Counted from the first letter of the stretch, positions 24,278 through 35,623 are shown. The stretch is 64,000 nt of DNA from Azolla caroliniana (GCA_043228905.1 JBHGNT010000002.1:806001-870000); one strand, 5' to 3'. The notes: generated by a model not told the origin, from the letters alone. Translations and numbers: made by a program.

Positions 24278-24619
24278 ACCCTATTATTGCACATGTTATT
24301 CATAAATATGACAAGTTTTGTCTTCTTGTTACTGCTCAATGCCTAGACAATGGATCTTTTTAGTTGATATGCACAAAATGGTCCAAAGGATGAGATGGAA
24401 ATCATATTCCAAAAATTGAAGGTATTGAGGGTTGGTGCACAATCGGAAGGAAGATATGCAACACTTTCATCATGTCTGAAAATAGACACAAAGTGGAGTA
24501 AATGCAAATGTATGTGGAGTCTAGACTTTAGAAAGTGTAAATGCATACATACATTGGATAGTTTGAAACCCATACGCAATGTGACCAAACCACCAAATGA
24601 TACAATTGATACAATTATG

Positions 24620-24782
24620 CCCCTAGATTATGGGGGTCTTCAAACACACTGAAACACGATTTGGAAAGTGAGAGAAGTGAGACAAAAAGATGATCTTCAC
24701 TATATGAAAGAGTTACAAGTTTACAACTATCCCAGTTTTGGGACAAACTAGAAGAAAAGGGTGTGGGGTATGTCCCTTATTA

Positions 24783-24819
<37 letters not shown>

Positions 24820-25155
24820 AAAAACGAAGAACTAATGAATGACCCAAATGAGGAGAAGCTCCTCCACATATAAGCCATAAGATGATTGTTCAATTACCCT
24901 AGTGACTCTTGGACTTCCTTGACGTTAGACCAAGACGTGGCTCTAGGGCTTCCCTGTGGTGGTTCGTTGGGACTTGGCTTTTGTTGTAGGGTCTGGGACT
25001 GGGTATTTCCTTAGTCCCAACCGCGTTTGGGACTACTCTCTAATTTGGGACTGATTGGGTTTATCCCAACCCAAACCCTCCTTTTGGGCCTCATTAGGTC
25101 TGTCCGAACTCACTTTGGGACCACGTTCCAGTTGGGACTGTTTAGGAGCACTACA
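24620..25155. repeat. Possible decayed solo LTR or other repeat with (GA)n and repeated TTGGGAC motifs
   Basis: Ends in CACTACA, has several TTGGGACT motifs and a (GA)n tract. No matching left terminus or TSD was found, so boundaries are approximate. Confidence 0.3.
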
Positions 25156-25243
25156 CAATAGTGTGGTTTACTGATATATATATATATATACATACATACA
25201 TAGATAGAGTATATATATACATAGATAGAGAGAGAGAGAGAGA

Positions 25244-28200
25244 GAAAGAAAGAAAGAAAGATGTATTAACGTCTTCTAAGGCCAAATTTGGCCCATGAGA
25301 CAATTGGTTTACAACAATAGAGTATTTATCCAGTCATCATAACTAAAAATAAAATTAAGTAAAAAAAAATAGAACTTAAACTAAAAGAGTTCTAGTAGTG
25401 TACAATATGTAGTATACTCGAAAGTGACTATACACTAAGCCTAATTTTATTTCCACCCAAGCCTCTTGAAAAGAAGTGGGGGGTCAAAGGGTCTTGATGT
25501 GGGTTCCAATGTAGAGAGTGCCCTAGCCATGGCTTCTAGGCGGTGTAGCTCACGTTCCCTTATTTTCAATATTGCTTCCACATCACGTTGAGTTGCTTTG
25601 AAATCCGGCACCCGAGGACGTCTGGTTCTTCTCTGGTTTTCTGCCTCATCAATGGAAAGGCCGAGTGGTGCAAGTGTGTCGGCATTCGTTGTCTCCTCAG
25701 GTTCCTGAAAAACTGCATTTGTTACATGTTCGTGATCATTAGCAACATTATTGTCAACATTTTGTAATTTATTCTCTCTGTGTTGTTTTAGCTCTAGAAT
25801 GTATTTGCCTAATTTCTTTATATCTAGAGTATCTAATAGTTTGGGGAGGGTGGGAGACGGACCAAGTATGTCTTGGTATTTTGCCCTTATCTCGGCATAG
25901 GTTGGACACTTGCATGTAAAGTGGTACTCATCCTCTATCTCTATGTGACATAACCTACATATCCTTTCCTCCCTAGGGACTCCACTAGTACGGCCATTTT
26001 CAATCTCAAGTTGGTGAGATGATATTCTAAGTTGTCCAATGGCAACCCTTAGTGCATGTGGTAAGAATACATCTAGATATTTTGGCCGCGTGATAAAACC
26101 TAACTCAGAGAAGTGCATGAAGTGTTTCTTATAGTACGACATTTTAGATGGGAGTGGCTCTAGTGGGGTGATCCATTTACACCGAGTGTAAATTTGCCAT
26201 ATTTCTTGGCGTATTACTTTATTGCGGTTCTCATGAGAGATTAAGGTGTTATCACTCGTGTGGTTGTACCTAAGGGGAGGTAGGTTATTAATGTCTAGAC
26301 CATTCGCAAGAAGCCAAGTCACCATCATGCCATACCATGAGCTAGTATAGCCGGACTCATACAATGATCGAGAGGCCTTAAAGGCTTGATGAGATATTCT
26401 ATCATGTGGTTGGCTATGTATCCTATCAATAAAGACTACAAGTTGAAAAAGTGCCTCTACTAGCATTGGGGGTAACGTGAACTCGGCCCTAATAATGTCA
26501 TGTGGTACAGTCGATTTGCTTCGGAGTTGGCGTGATAGCATCATCACCAATGGTCTCTCTAATTGCGTCCACATGAAGGATGGTAATCCTGGAGCCCAAA
26601 CCACTGATGCATACATGAGGGAGGGGGTCACTAATGAGTCAAAGAGCCACCCTTTAGTTCGTGGCTCTTGAAAGTGTGCTTGGTGGCATTGTCTCTCTAG
26701 GAGTGAGAGGGATGCATGTCCTCTCGTGAGTCTATCCTTCGTTGCCTGTGTCATCGAAAATTTACCTGAGTGGGCACTAAAAGTGACTCCGAGATATACG
26801 TACGATCCAACCACCTCGACTGGGCTATGGGAGATAGTTAGGTGACACTTAGCTCTAACTTGGGCCGATGTGTGGAAGATAAGGACTTTCGTTTTCCCTA
26901 GATTCACTACCAATCCTCGTTGTACACAAAAGTCATCTAAGGCATTGAGGTGCCTCTGTAGGTCGTGTTCGGATTCAGAGAGCAAAACTATGTCATCCGC
27001 ATAGAGCAAGATACGAACTTGCGTATCCCCAAGGACCACTCCGGTGCCTCCCTCACGAGCAATAAAATCTGTGATCTCATCAATGTAGATCCTAAAAAGC
27101 GTCGGTGATAGGGGGCAACCTTGTTTTACACCAATAGTGCTAGTGAAACAATTGGATAGGCCACCTGGGCATCGGACACACCCGGACACTTGTTCATATA
27201 GTGCGTAGATGGCCCATACCATATCATCTGGTATCCTCAAGCTTTTAAGTCTATCAGACAACCGATCTCTAGGGACTGTGTCAAAGGCTTTGCGGAAGTC
27301 CACAAAACAACAATATAATCTCTTCTTGCGAGCCCTAGTTTGGTCAATTAGGCATCTAAGTGTGAAGATGTGATCAATAGTGGAGAAGGCTCGTCTAAAG
27401 CCAGCTTGTTCAGGTGCACGAAGGTTTAGGGTCTCCATGTAGTCGCTAAGCTCTACTTCCATTACTGCACCATATAACTTAGCAAGGGTATGGCCTATCA
27501 TAATGGTCCTATATGTATTTGGGTCCATGGGGTCCCCCCCTTTATGTATGGGGGTCACTGTATTCATAGTCCACTGTGGTGGAAAACCCTCCGCAATGGC
27601 ACGATTGAAGATTAGAGTTAGCAAGGGAGCTAGGCACTCTCTCGCATATATAATGTGTTCTGCTCGCAATCCTGTGTGGTCCATGGACTTCCTATGTTGT
27701 AATTTCTTTATGACCTTCATGACCCTAGAGGTCGTGAAAAGTGTCCCCGTGGTAGGCCGGGGTGTGGAAGGCATTGGAAAAGGTGGTTGGTTTGGGATTT
27801 GGTAAAGTCTCTCTGTATATGTGTGCCAAGTTTCGGGATCTTCGATGGGTGTTTGTGGTCTTGGCTCCCGTAGTCTCTTCCATGCCGTGGCGCAATCGCT
27901 ACTCATGAGCATATGGTAGAGTTCCCAGTATTGGGATGCCTCCCACGCTCGTCTCTTACGACGTGTCATCTTACGCATTTCTTTGCGAGCTTGTGTGGAG
28001 GTAATACTACCATTGAGTTGCGATACTGTAAGTTGTCTATGTAGGTCCCTACAATCCTCGTCATACCATTTATTTTGTGGCATTGATCCTGATCTACCTT
28101 GATTTGAGTGTTTTGTATATGGGAAACTGCTAGCTGTTGCGGAGTGAAGGATGTGTGTGAGTTTTGTACTAAGGCTTTCTAACGGTAGAGAGGGATCAAT

Positions 28201-29008
28201 GGAGGGGAGATGGGCCTGAACATGTTGAGAGTATATGTCAGAGAGCTCATGTGTGAAATGTATTGTGGTGTGATGGCATGGTTGACTAGACTTTGTGACC
28301 TTAGAGATATCACATTTTAGCTCGAAGTATAAGAAGCTATGGTCTGCGCCAATAGGGCATGGGGCCACTCGGAAGGAGTTAATCATGTGGGTAGCTGCCG
28401 AGCGCCCTATTAGATAGTCAATTGTGCTTTCCCCTCCTCCATGTGGGAAACATGTGAGCTCTTTCGAGCCCGGCCACTTAGCTAAACCATTATATATGAC
28501 CATCTGGTGCCGACTGCCAAGTTCGAGCAGATGATGGCCAAAGCTCGTGGCGTTCGCTCCTTGATCCTTTGATCTACGTGTGGTGCCTATGTCTAAAGGA
28601 TCAACATTTACCATTTCTAGGTTTCTATTCATCTGAAATACTGTGCATTGTCGGGATTGGGTTCTCGCATTGAAGTCTCCTACAATAAATACTTCTCCTT
28701 GGGAAGAATATCGGATTATGTCATCCGATAGGGGTTCGTATGGAGAAGGCCCATGTGGCATTCCTTCATCGACTAATATCGTCAAGCCACTAATATTATA
28801 ACGGGATCCTTTTGGGGGAAAGTAACAAATGGCGAAAAATGTTGCATGGTCTTTGCTTGTGGAGACTTTCACCCACATAAAACGAGCTTCTGGGTCTATC
28901 TTCATTATTTCTATCCTATTATGTAGCTCTCTACGAAATAGTATCGCGACACCTCCAAATCCCCTAGCAGTGTGTCGACGTGAGGTTTGTCTAAGCAGCG
29001 TGTCGACC
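25244..29008 (-). mobile_element. Non-LTR retrotransposon (LINE; RTEX/RTE-like), 5'-truncated, (CTTT)n tail, inserted in a (GA)n microsatellite
   Basis: A single stop-free frame runs from 29008 to 25447. Short 3' UTR, (GAAA)4 at 25244-25259 on the plus strand, and (GA)n on both flanks (25227-25245, 29009-29043). Confidence 0.92.
25447..28905 (-). CDS. LINE ORF2: APE endonuclease, reverse transcriptase and C-terminal CCHC domain (1152 aa from the first Met)
   Basis: APE motifs GDFNART, STIDY, ADH; RT motifs EQAGFR, FVDFRKAFDTV, GVKQGCPLSP, LLYADD, YVYLGV; C-terminal LRISSHQLEIENGR...CRLC...EDEYHFTCKCP. Confidence 0.93.
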   Translation of the reverse strand: MKIDPEARFMWVKVSTSKDHATFFAICYFPPKGSRYNISGLTILVDEGMPHGPSPYEPLSDDIIRYSSQGEVFIVGDFNARTQSRQCTVFQMNRNLEMVNVDPLDIGTTRRSKDQGANATSFGHHLLELGSRHQMVIYNGLAKWPGSKELTCFPHGGGESTIDYLIGRSAATHMINSFRVAPCPIGADHSFLYFELKCDISKVTKSSQPCHHTTIHFTHELSDIYSQHVQAHLPSIDPSLPLESLSTKLTHILHSATASSFPYTKHSNQGRSGSMPQNKWYDEDCRDLHRQLTVSQLNGSITSTQARKEMRKMTRRKRRAWEASQYWELYHMLMSSDCATAWKRLREPRPQTPIEDPETWHTYTERLYQIPNQPPFPMPSTPRPTTGTLFTTSRVMKVIKKLQHRKSMDHTGLRAEHIIYARECLAPLLTLIFNRAIAEGFPPQWTMNTVTPIHKGGDPMDPNTYRTIMIGHTLAKLYGAVMEVELSDYMETLNLRAPEQAGFRRAFSTIDHIFTLRCLIDQTRARKKRLYCCFVDFRKAFDTVPRDRLSDRLKSLRIPDDMVWAIYALYEQVSGCVRCPGGLSNCFTSTIGVKQGCPLSPTLFRIYIDEITDFIAREGGTGVVLGDTQVRILLYADDIVLLSESEHDLQRHLNALDDFCVQRGLVVNLGKTKVLIFHTSAQVRAKCHLTISHSPVEVVGSYVYLGVTFSAHSGKFSMTQATKDRLTRGHASLSLLERQCHQAHFQEPRTKGWLFDSLVTPSLMYASVVWAPGLPSFMWTQLERPLVMMLSRQLRSKSTVPHDIIRAEFTLPPMLVEALFQLVVFIDRIHSQPHDRISHQAFKASRSLYESGYTSSWYGMMVTWLLANGLDINNLPPLRYNHTSDNTLISHENRNKVIRQEIWQIYTRCKWITPLEPLPSKMSYYKKHFMHFSELGFITRPKYLDVFLPHALRVAIGQLRISSHQLEIENGRTSGVPREERICRLCHIEIEDEYHFTCKCPTYAEIRAKYQDILGPSPTLPKLLDTLDIKKLGKYILELKQHRENKLQNVDNNVANDHEHVTNAVFQEPEETTNADTLAPLGLSIDEAENQRRTRRPRVPDFKATQRDVEAILKIRERELHRLEAMARALSTLEPTSRPFDPPLLFKRLGWK

Positions 29009-29043
<35 letters not shown>

Positions 29044-29044
29044 T

Positions 29045-29465
29045 GGATGTAACTCAGTTGGTAAGGTTGCCCAATGGAGACCAGGTGGTCATGGGTTCAA
29101 CCCTTACTTTCCACAGTGGCATCTAGTGAAATAGAGATATATATGAAGTATATAACAGAGAGGTGAGGAAGTTGGGTTTCGAACCCAAGACACAGTTCTT
29201 GTAGTATGGGTTCAACCCCTACATTCCACAGTGGCATCTAGTGAAATAGAGATATATATGAAGTATATAATAGAGAGGTGAGGAAGTTGGGTTTCGAACC
29301 CAAGACACAGTTCTTGTAGTATGGGTTCAACCCCCCTACATTCCACAGTGGCATCTAGTGAAATAGAGATATATATGAAGTATATAATAGAGAGGTGAGG
29401 AAGTTGGGTTTCGAACCCAAGACACAGTTCTTGTAGTGTTATTGACTTACCACTAGGGTAAGCTA
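29045..29465. repeat. tRNA-derived (SINE-like) cassette: two convergent tRNA-like heads with a 3 x ~115-bp internal tandem repeat
   Basis: Plus strand: A box TAACTCAGTTGG (29050) and B box GGTTCAACCC (29094). Minus strand: A-box-like TACCCTAGTGG (about 29460) and B box GGTTCGAAACC. Repeat units start at 29091, 29206 and 29321. Confidence 0.65.
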
Positions 29466-29711
29466 ATTACGAAAAAAGAGAGAGGGAGAGCATGTGTGGG
29501 GGGTTTCAACACTCTCATAACCTTAGATTCGACGCAATCCCCTCTGTTTCATGCCTTGCTTCTTCACCATGGTTTCCTTGCTTCCAAGGCCACATCAATC
29601 GATGCCTTCCTTACTCAACCCATCATTCGGTTTCCTGTCACATTGCATGAAGAATCCACAGGTTTCTCTACCACATTTTCCTCTGTCATTGCACCCTTCT
29701 CATTATACCAT

Positions 29712-32700
29712 ATGGGGACTAATCTGATCCATGGAGTCCTTCTCGCAACCATCACCAGTGCGACTGACATTGTCTTCTCGCATCGCAACACGCCCAAATT
29801 CATCAGAAAGGTAAATAACCCCTCTCATTAACTTCTCAACCCAAATTTCACAACTTGACCTTGATTCGTGGTATATACACATACATATACATATTTGTAT
29901 GCATATATAAGTATTACATAGATATAGATTGTTATACATGCATATGTGTATATTATATGTGCACATGTACATTCATACGCACATATAGATGTTTTTTACT
30001 TGCATTTATTGGTTAAAAGAAGTAGTATGTCTCCTGGTTAACATCTTTCCTTATTTCCAATGCATCGTGTGGGTCTCAAATCATGCATTTGTAATTGAAT
30101 TCAGTAATATCAATCAATTGTTGAGGCAGAGCCATACCTACCTTCTTGTTGCTTATTTTACATGTATCTACATACACATACATTATGTTTTTAACTTCCA
30201 TTTGGTTGTATTTGTTGGCTAGAAGAATTGTTGCAACTCCTGGTAAACATATTTCCTTATTCCAATGCCTGGTGTGGGTTTCAAATCGTGCATTTTCTTT
30301 GTCATTAGTAATACCAAATATTGATGCACAGTCATGCCTTCTTGTTGCTTATTTCCAATCCATTACGTGACTTTCCATCCATTTTTCTATCCCTAATTTC
30401 CATTCAGTAATAGCAATTATTTGTCATTCAGTAATATCAATTATTGATGCACAGTCATGGCCTTCTTGTTGGTTGTTTCCAATCCATTATGTGAGTTTCC
30501 ATCCATTTTTATCCCTAATTTCCATATCATCAAGTCTGAAAATCATGCTTTTGTACTTGCATTGTCTGAAAACTGATATGTTGGCAGCAACTATGCACAT
30601 GTTATAACATATAAACATGCATTATGTGGGTTTTCCTCATGATTAGATTGGCTTGTTATTGACTCATTGACCTACTACACCTACAGTTATGCACATTTTA
30701 TAACTATTCGATAATTGAAGAGTGTGAGGAAGCTACACACATAGGAAAAGGCTTAAGCAAACTCTATGCTACCATAACCTTTGGTGAAGCAAGGGTAGCT
30801 CGAACAAGACTAGTAAAGCGTGAGACTCGGAATCCCACATGGAATGAATCCTTTCACATTTATTGTGCATATGAAGCTAGCCATGTGACCATTAAATTGA
30901 AAGATAGCCTCACTATCGGAGCCATTGTTGTTGGCATAGCCCAGATACCCACTAATCTTGTAAAATCAGGAAACGTAATTGAAGGTTGGCTGGATCTCTT
31001 TAGTGAACGTAATCAAACCGATTTAAGAGGGAAGATATATGTCAAATTGCAATTTTTAGATGCGAGGCAAAACCCAAGTTGGGGACGAGGTATCAAAGGT
31101 TGTGATGCCCAAGGTGTCGAGCATACGTTTTTCAAGCAAAAGAAAGGGAACAAAATTACATTGTATCAAGATGCCCATATGCAGGATGGGTTTATGCCTC
31201 GCATCCCTCTTGCAGGAGGGAAGATGTATCAACCTACCCGATGCTGGGAGGATATCTTCAAAGCCCTCTCTGACGCCAAACACTTGATATACATTACTGG
31301 ATGGTCTATTTATTCCCAAATAACTCTTGTTAGAGATATGGAGAGGATGATTCCTGGGGCCAAAGGCATGACACTGGGGCAGCTTCTCAAACGGAAAGCA
31401 TCTGAAGGTGTGAGAGTTTTGATACTTGTGTGGGATGATAGAACATCAATTTCTCTACGCCTCCCAACCATTGATTGTGTGATCACCACTGGTGTCATGC
31501 ATACTCATGATGAAGATACTGAAGCTTATTTCAAAGGGTCTAAAGTGCATTGTGTACTTTGCCCTCGCAACCCAGATGGTGGAGCATCCATTGCCCAAGG
31601 TATAGAAATAGGGTTGATTTTTACCCACCATCAAAAGACAGTTATAGTTGATGAGGCTGTCTCAGATCAAAACCGAACGCAACGCAAATTGGTGAGTTTT
31701 GTAGGAGGTATTGACCTATGTGACGGGCGGTACGACAATCAGAAACACTCTCTTTTTAGTACACTAGCCTCAACTCACAAGGAGGATTTCCATCAAACAT
31801 GCTTTGAAGGGGCTTCGTTGAAGAAAGGAGGTCCTAGGGAGCCGTGGCATGATGTGCATTCGAGGATAGAAGGCCCGGCAGCTTGGAATGTGCTCCATAA
31901 CTTTGAGCAAAGATGGGAGAAACAAGGAAGGTGGAAAACTCGTTTACTCAAAGTGATGGGCATCCCCTCTCTATGGCCACCGAAAGAGGTTATTAAAGAA
32001 GATGATCCCGAAGCATGGAATGTCCAGATCTTCCGATCCATAGATGAAGGTGCAGTGGTTGGCCTTCCTCGAGATCCAAACATTGTAAATGCATTAGGTC
32101 TTGTTGTTGGGAAAGAAAATATGATTGATCGAAGCATCCAAGATGCATACATATGCGCTGTAAGACGAGCCAAGAATTTCATCTACATGGAAAATCAATA
32201 CTTCATCGGGAGCTCGGCTTCGTGGAGCTCACATCAAGATTCTGGTGCAATTCAGCTCATTCCAATGGAGATCACACAAAAGATAGTGAGCAAGATTGAA
32301 GCCCGAGAGAGGTTTTCAGTCTATATAGTTATTCCAATGTGGCCTGAGGGTGTGCCAGAGAGTGAAGCTGTCCAGAATATCTTGTATTGGCAGCGTTTAA
32401 CCATGGAGATGATGTACAAAAGGATAGCTAATGCACTGGAGAAGATGGGTGTGTTAGGACAGGAAAGTCCTACAGATTATCTCAATTTCTTTTGCTTAGG
32501 AAACCGAGAATCCAAATATCAAGGTGAATATACTCCCCCAGAAGTCCCACTAGAAGGTACCGATTACCGGAGTGCGCAAGATCATCGGAGATTTATGATC
32601 TATGTCCATGCCAAGACAATGATAGGTTAGTATTTTACAGAAATGTTCAAATTTAGCCTTCCCATATTCTAAAATATCAAAAGTACCCTTAGGCCAACAA

Positions 32701-33867
32701 AATGGGGGGATTGAAGAGGGAGGGTTCTATGTGTGTGTGTGTCTCATTGATCAACATTTGGTATTCTTCTTTCAGCTCTATATTTTGTGTTTAGCCTAAC
32801 AATCAGCAACGGTTCAGTTTGGTTCCGTTTGAGGGTGTCAAAACCAAACTGTTTAAAATATTTGAAACTTGAACCGGAACCAAACCGAATCACGAAACCG
32901 TTAAACCAAAACCATTTAAACCAAACCATTTCAAAAAATCCAAACCATTAAACTATGAAAACTATGGTTTTGTGGTTTGGTTTTCATGTTAGGTCAAAAT
33001 ATTATTTCAAATTTTAATTTTTCAAAATATAATGATTTTTCCTAAAATGTGAGAATTAGGCTTAAAATTGAAAAGGTTGTTCAAAATAATATTTTAAAAA
33101 ATAATCAACTGGCAACCCTAAACCGCCAAATTGTTTAAACTATTAAAAAAAACTTGAACTTGAACCAAACCAAACCGAATTGTTTAAACCGTTAAGCCAT
33201 TAAGCTGCGGATTCGCAGTTCAGTTTGGTTCAAACTGAACTATTGTTGCCGATTGTTAGTTTAGCCTCAGAGAATGTCAATAGAATCTATCGGGCATCAG
33301 GACATGTGCCTCTCCCAATAGGTTATTGTCGTAATTTTGATGTTCTCTTAGTTTTACCTCACTCGTGGCTTTATGGTACATCTATTGCGATGTTGGTGTT
33401 AAAGGGTGTTTTTTATGCATATTATTGTAGTGGACGATGAGTATATAATTGTCGGATCGGCAAATTGCAATCAACGTTCCATGGATGGGGGGCGTGATTC
33501 AGAGATTGCAATGGGAGCATACCAACCACATCATATTATCACAGATTGGAGGCCAAGGCCACAAGGACAAGTTCATGGCTTTAGAATGTCTTTATGGTAT
33601 GAACACATGGGAATGAGGGATAGGGATTTTCTCCAGCCAGAGAGCCTTCAATGTGTGAGGAAGGTTCAACGCATATCAAAAGACCTATGGGGATGGTATT
33701 GTGGCCAAAAGATTGTGGACTTGCCGGCACATCTCTTGTATTATCCCATTAATGTATTGTTACGGGGTGATGTGACTAGCTTGGAGAACTATGAGCTTTT
33801 CCCCGACACTAGTGCTCCTGTCATGGGTAAACTCTCAAGGACTCTTCCTTCTCTACTTACTGTGTAA
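29712..33867 (+). CDS. PLD: Phospholipase D alpha (C2 domain plus two HKD motifs), 3 exons, about 824 aa
   Basis: Exons 29712-29810, 30687-32625 and 33431-33867, GT-AG and in frame. N-terminus [14 protein letters not shown]; KLYATI...ARTR...NPTWNESF; HKD1 HQKTVIVD; IYMENQYF; HKD2 HAKTMIVDD joined across intron 2; [21 protein letters not shown]. Confidence 0.93.
30020..30525. repeat. Diverged local duplications in PLD intron 1
   Basis: About 30030-30160 resembles 30237-30355, and 30300-30405 resembles 30420-30525. Confidence 0.7.
32797..33258. mobile_element. Non-autonomous hAT element (MITE, 462 bp) in PLD intron 2
   Basis: 14-bp TIRs TAACAATCAGCAAC / GTTGCCGATTGTTA (1 mismatch); perfect 8-bp TSD GTTTAGCC at 32789-32796 and 33259-33266; many subterminal AACCG/AAACC motifs. 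Confidence 0.92.
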
Positions 33868-34337
33868 CTCAAGCAGTTCAAGGCTCGTGTATTGTACTAT
33901 AGTACCATTTGCAAAAAATAAATTAGCTTTAAGTAATCATCATGGCTAAACATGGGGATTAATTACGATTAGTGCAACAATATTTAAATTGTAACTAAGT
34001 CTTGGGCTAGGCCATTGGAAAACTGAAGCAACCATTTATTTTATTGGAAATTCAAAACAAATGTGGTTGGGAACTATGACAAGTCATGATTTAAAGAACC
34101 GGTTGAAGATCTCATATCCAATCTACCTCAAACGATGTCACTACTATTCTTTGAAGAATCTTTCTAAACCAACCTACACCCATTTTATTCTTTTCCATTT
34201 TTTCCATTTTTCTATATATAGCAGGATATTATATCCACAAAAGGATGCATAAACGTGGAATTGCACATGACTAGGGCATGTGCCATGATTCTCCATTTTG
34301 CCCTCAGCTAGAAAAAAGAAATTGTCTCATAAACAAT

Positions 34338-34340
<3 letters not shown>

Positions 34341-34425
<85 letters not shown>
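34341..34425. repeat. Compound microsatellite (CT)n(CA)n
   Basis: Seen directly. Confidence 0.97.
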
Positions 34426-34428
<3 letters not shown>

Positions 34429-35156
34429 AGATGACATTATTTGCATACGTTGTAGTTAGAAAATGGGATCTCTCTCTCTCTCTCTCTAGGAATCTAGGTT
34501 CGATCCTTGCCATGGACTAGGCCTATCTCAAGATCGCAATTGGTGTCTCGTGGATGTTGAGTGAGTGAGCGAGTGTGTGTGTGTGTGTGTGTAGTCATTT
34601 GCATATATTGCAATTAAAAAAATGTTCCCCACCATTGTCATCCATTGTACTCGCCTCACACAATATAGTCAAACTTTGTCAATTAGGTGCACACACATGT
34701 TTCGACAAAACTAACCTCTTTGCATGATTCTCCATGGATCCTCAAACAAATGAGAACAAGGAATTGTTGCGTGGCCAATGGGGTCTCTCTTTATGTAGCC
34801 CAAGTAGGTTTTTAACGGACAACGTTTATGTTATTGGCAAATTATTCTAACCAATTGAGCTTCCATGCTCTATGTAATTGTGACTTCTCTCATAAGTTGA
34901 TTTTGGCCTGTAGATGTTTTTCTTTCTCTCTCCCCCCTCCAAGCCCTCAACATGATGATGGCAAAAAAAGTGTGCCGCGGCACGCTACTATAAAAAGGTT
35001 ATTTCTACCATTGATCACCTTTTGTATTAGCCTACCTCAACATCTTCGAGTTGGACAAAATGAGCCTCGCCTCGTAACCACGTGCACACATGCGCCTTAC
35101 TTCACCATTGAAGTGATCTCGCTGTGAGCCTCACCTCTTAGGCACGTGCACACCTA

Positions 35157-35260
35157 GAAAGAAAGATATATTAACGTCTTCAAGAACCAAAATTAGCACA
35201 CGAGACAAATTATTACAATAACATGATGTTTACCCAATCATCAAAAATGAAATTAAAAAA
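35157..35260 (-). mobile_element. Short 3'-end fragment of the same LINE family as 25244-29008
   Basis: AGAAAGAAAGATATATTAACGTCTTC...GAGACAA...TTTACCCAATCATC aligns with 25251-25345. Confidence 0.75.
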
Positions 35261-35574
35261 TACCAATCACCATGTCCATCCATTTGTGTTCCACTCTTTC
35301 ATGCCATTGATGTTCGCAAAACCTTTCATAGTTGAGACGAGACTCGAACGCTTGACTTTTTGTTAGCTAGAGTAAGCTCTTGATGAGAGAGAGAGTGTGT
35401 GTGTGTGCGCGCGCGCACGCCCCTTATTTCACCATCGAAGTGATTGATCGCGTGAAAAGCATATAAGCCATACGTACATGTGTTGCCAATTATAATAGGT
35501 CATTGTAGACTTCTAGACTCCCTTGTAACGAACTCCTTTAGTGACCTCAAAGTTCATTATGATGATGGATCATG

Positions 35575-35623
<49 letters not shown>

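Noticed and set aside
29091-29437. Palindrome-containing 115-bp repeats as CRISPR repeats or real tRNA genes
   Set aside because: Simple triplication with identical inter-palindrome sequence; no complete cloverleaf can be folded.
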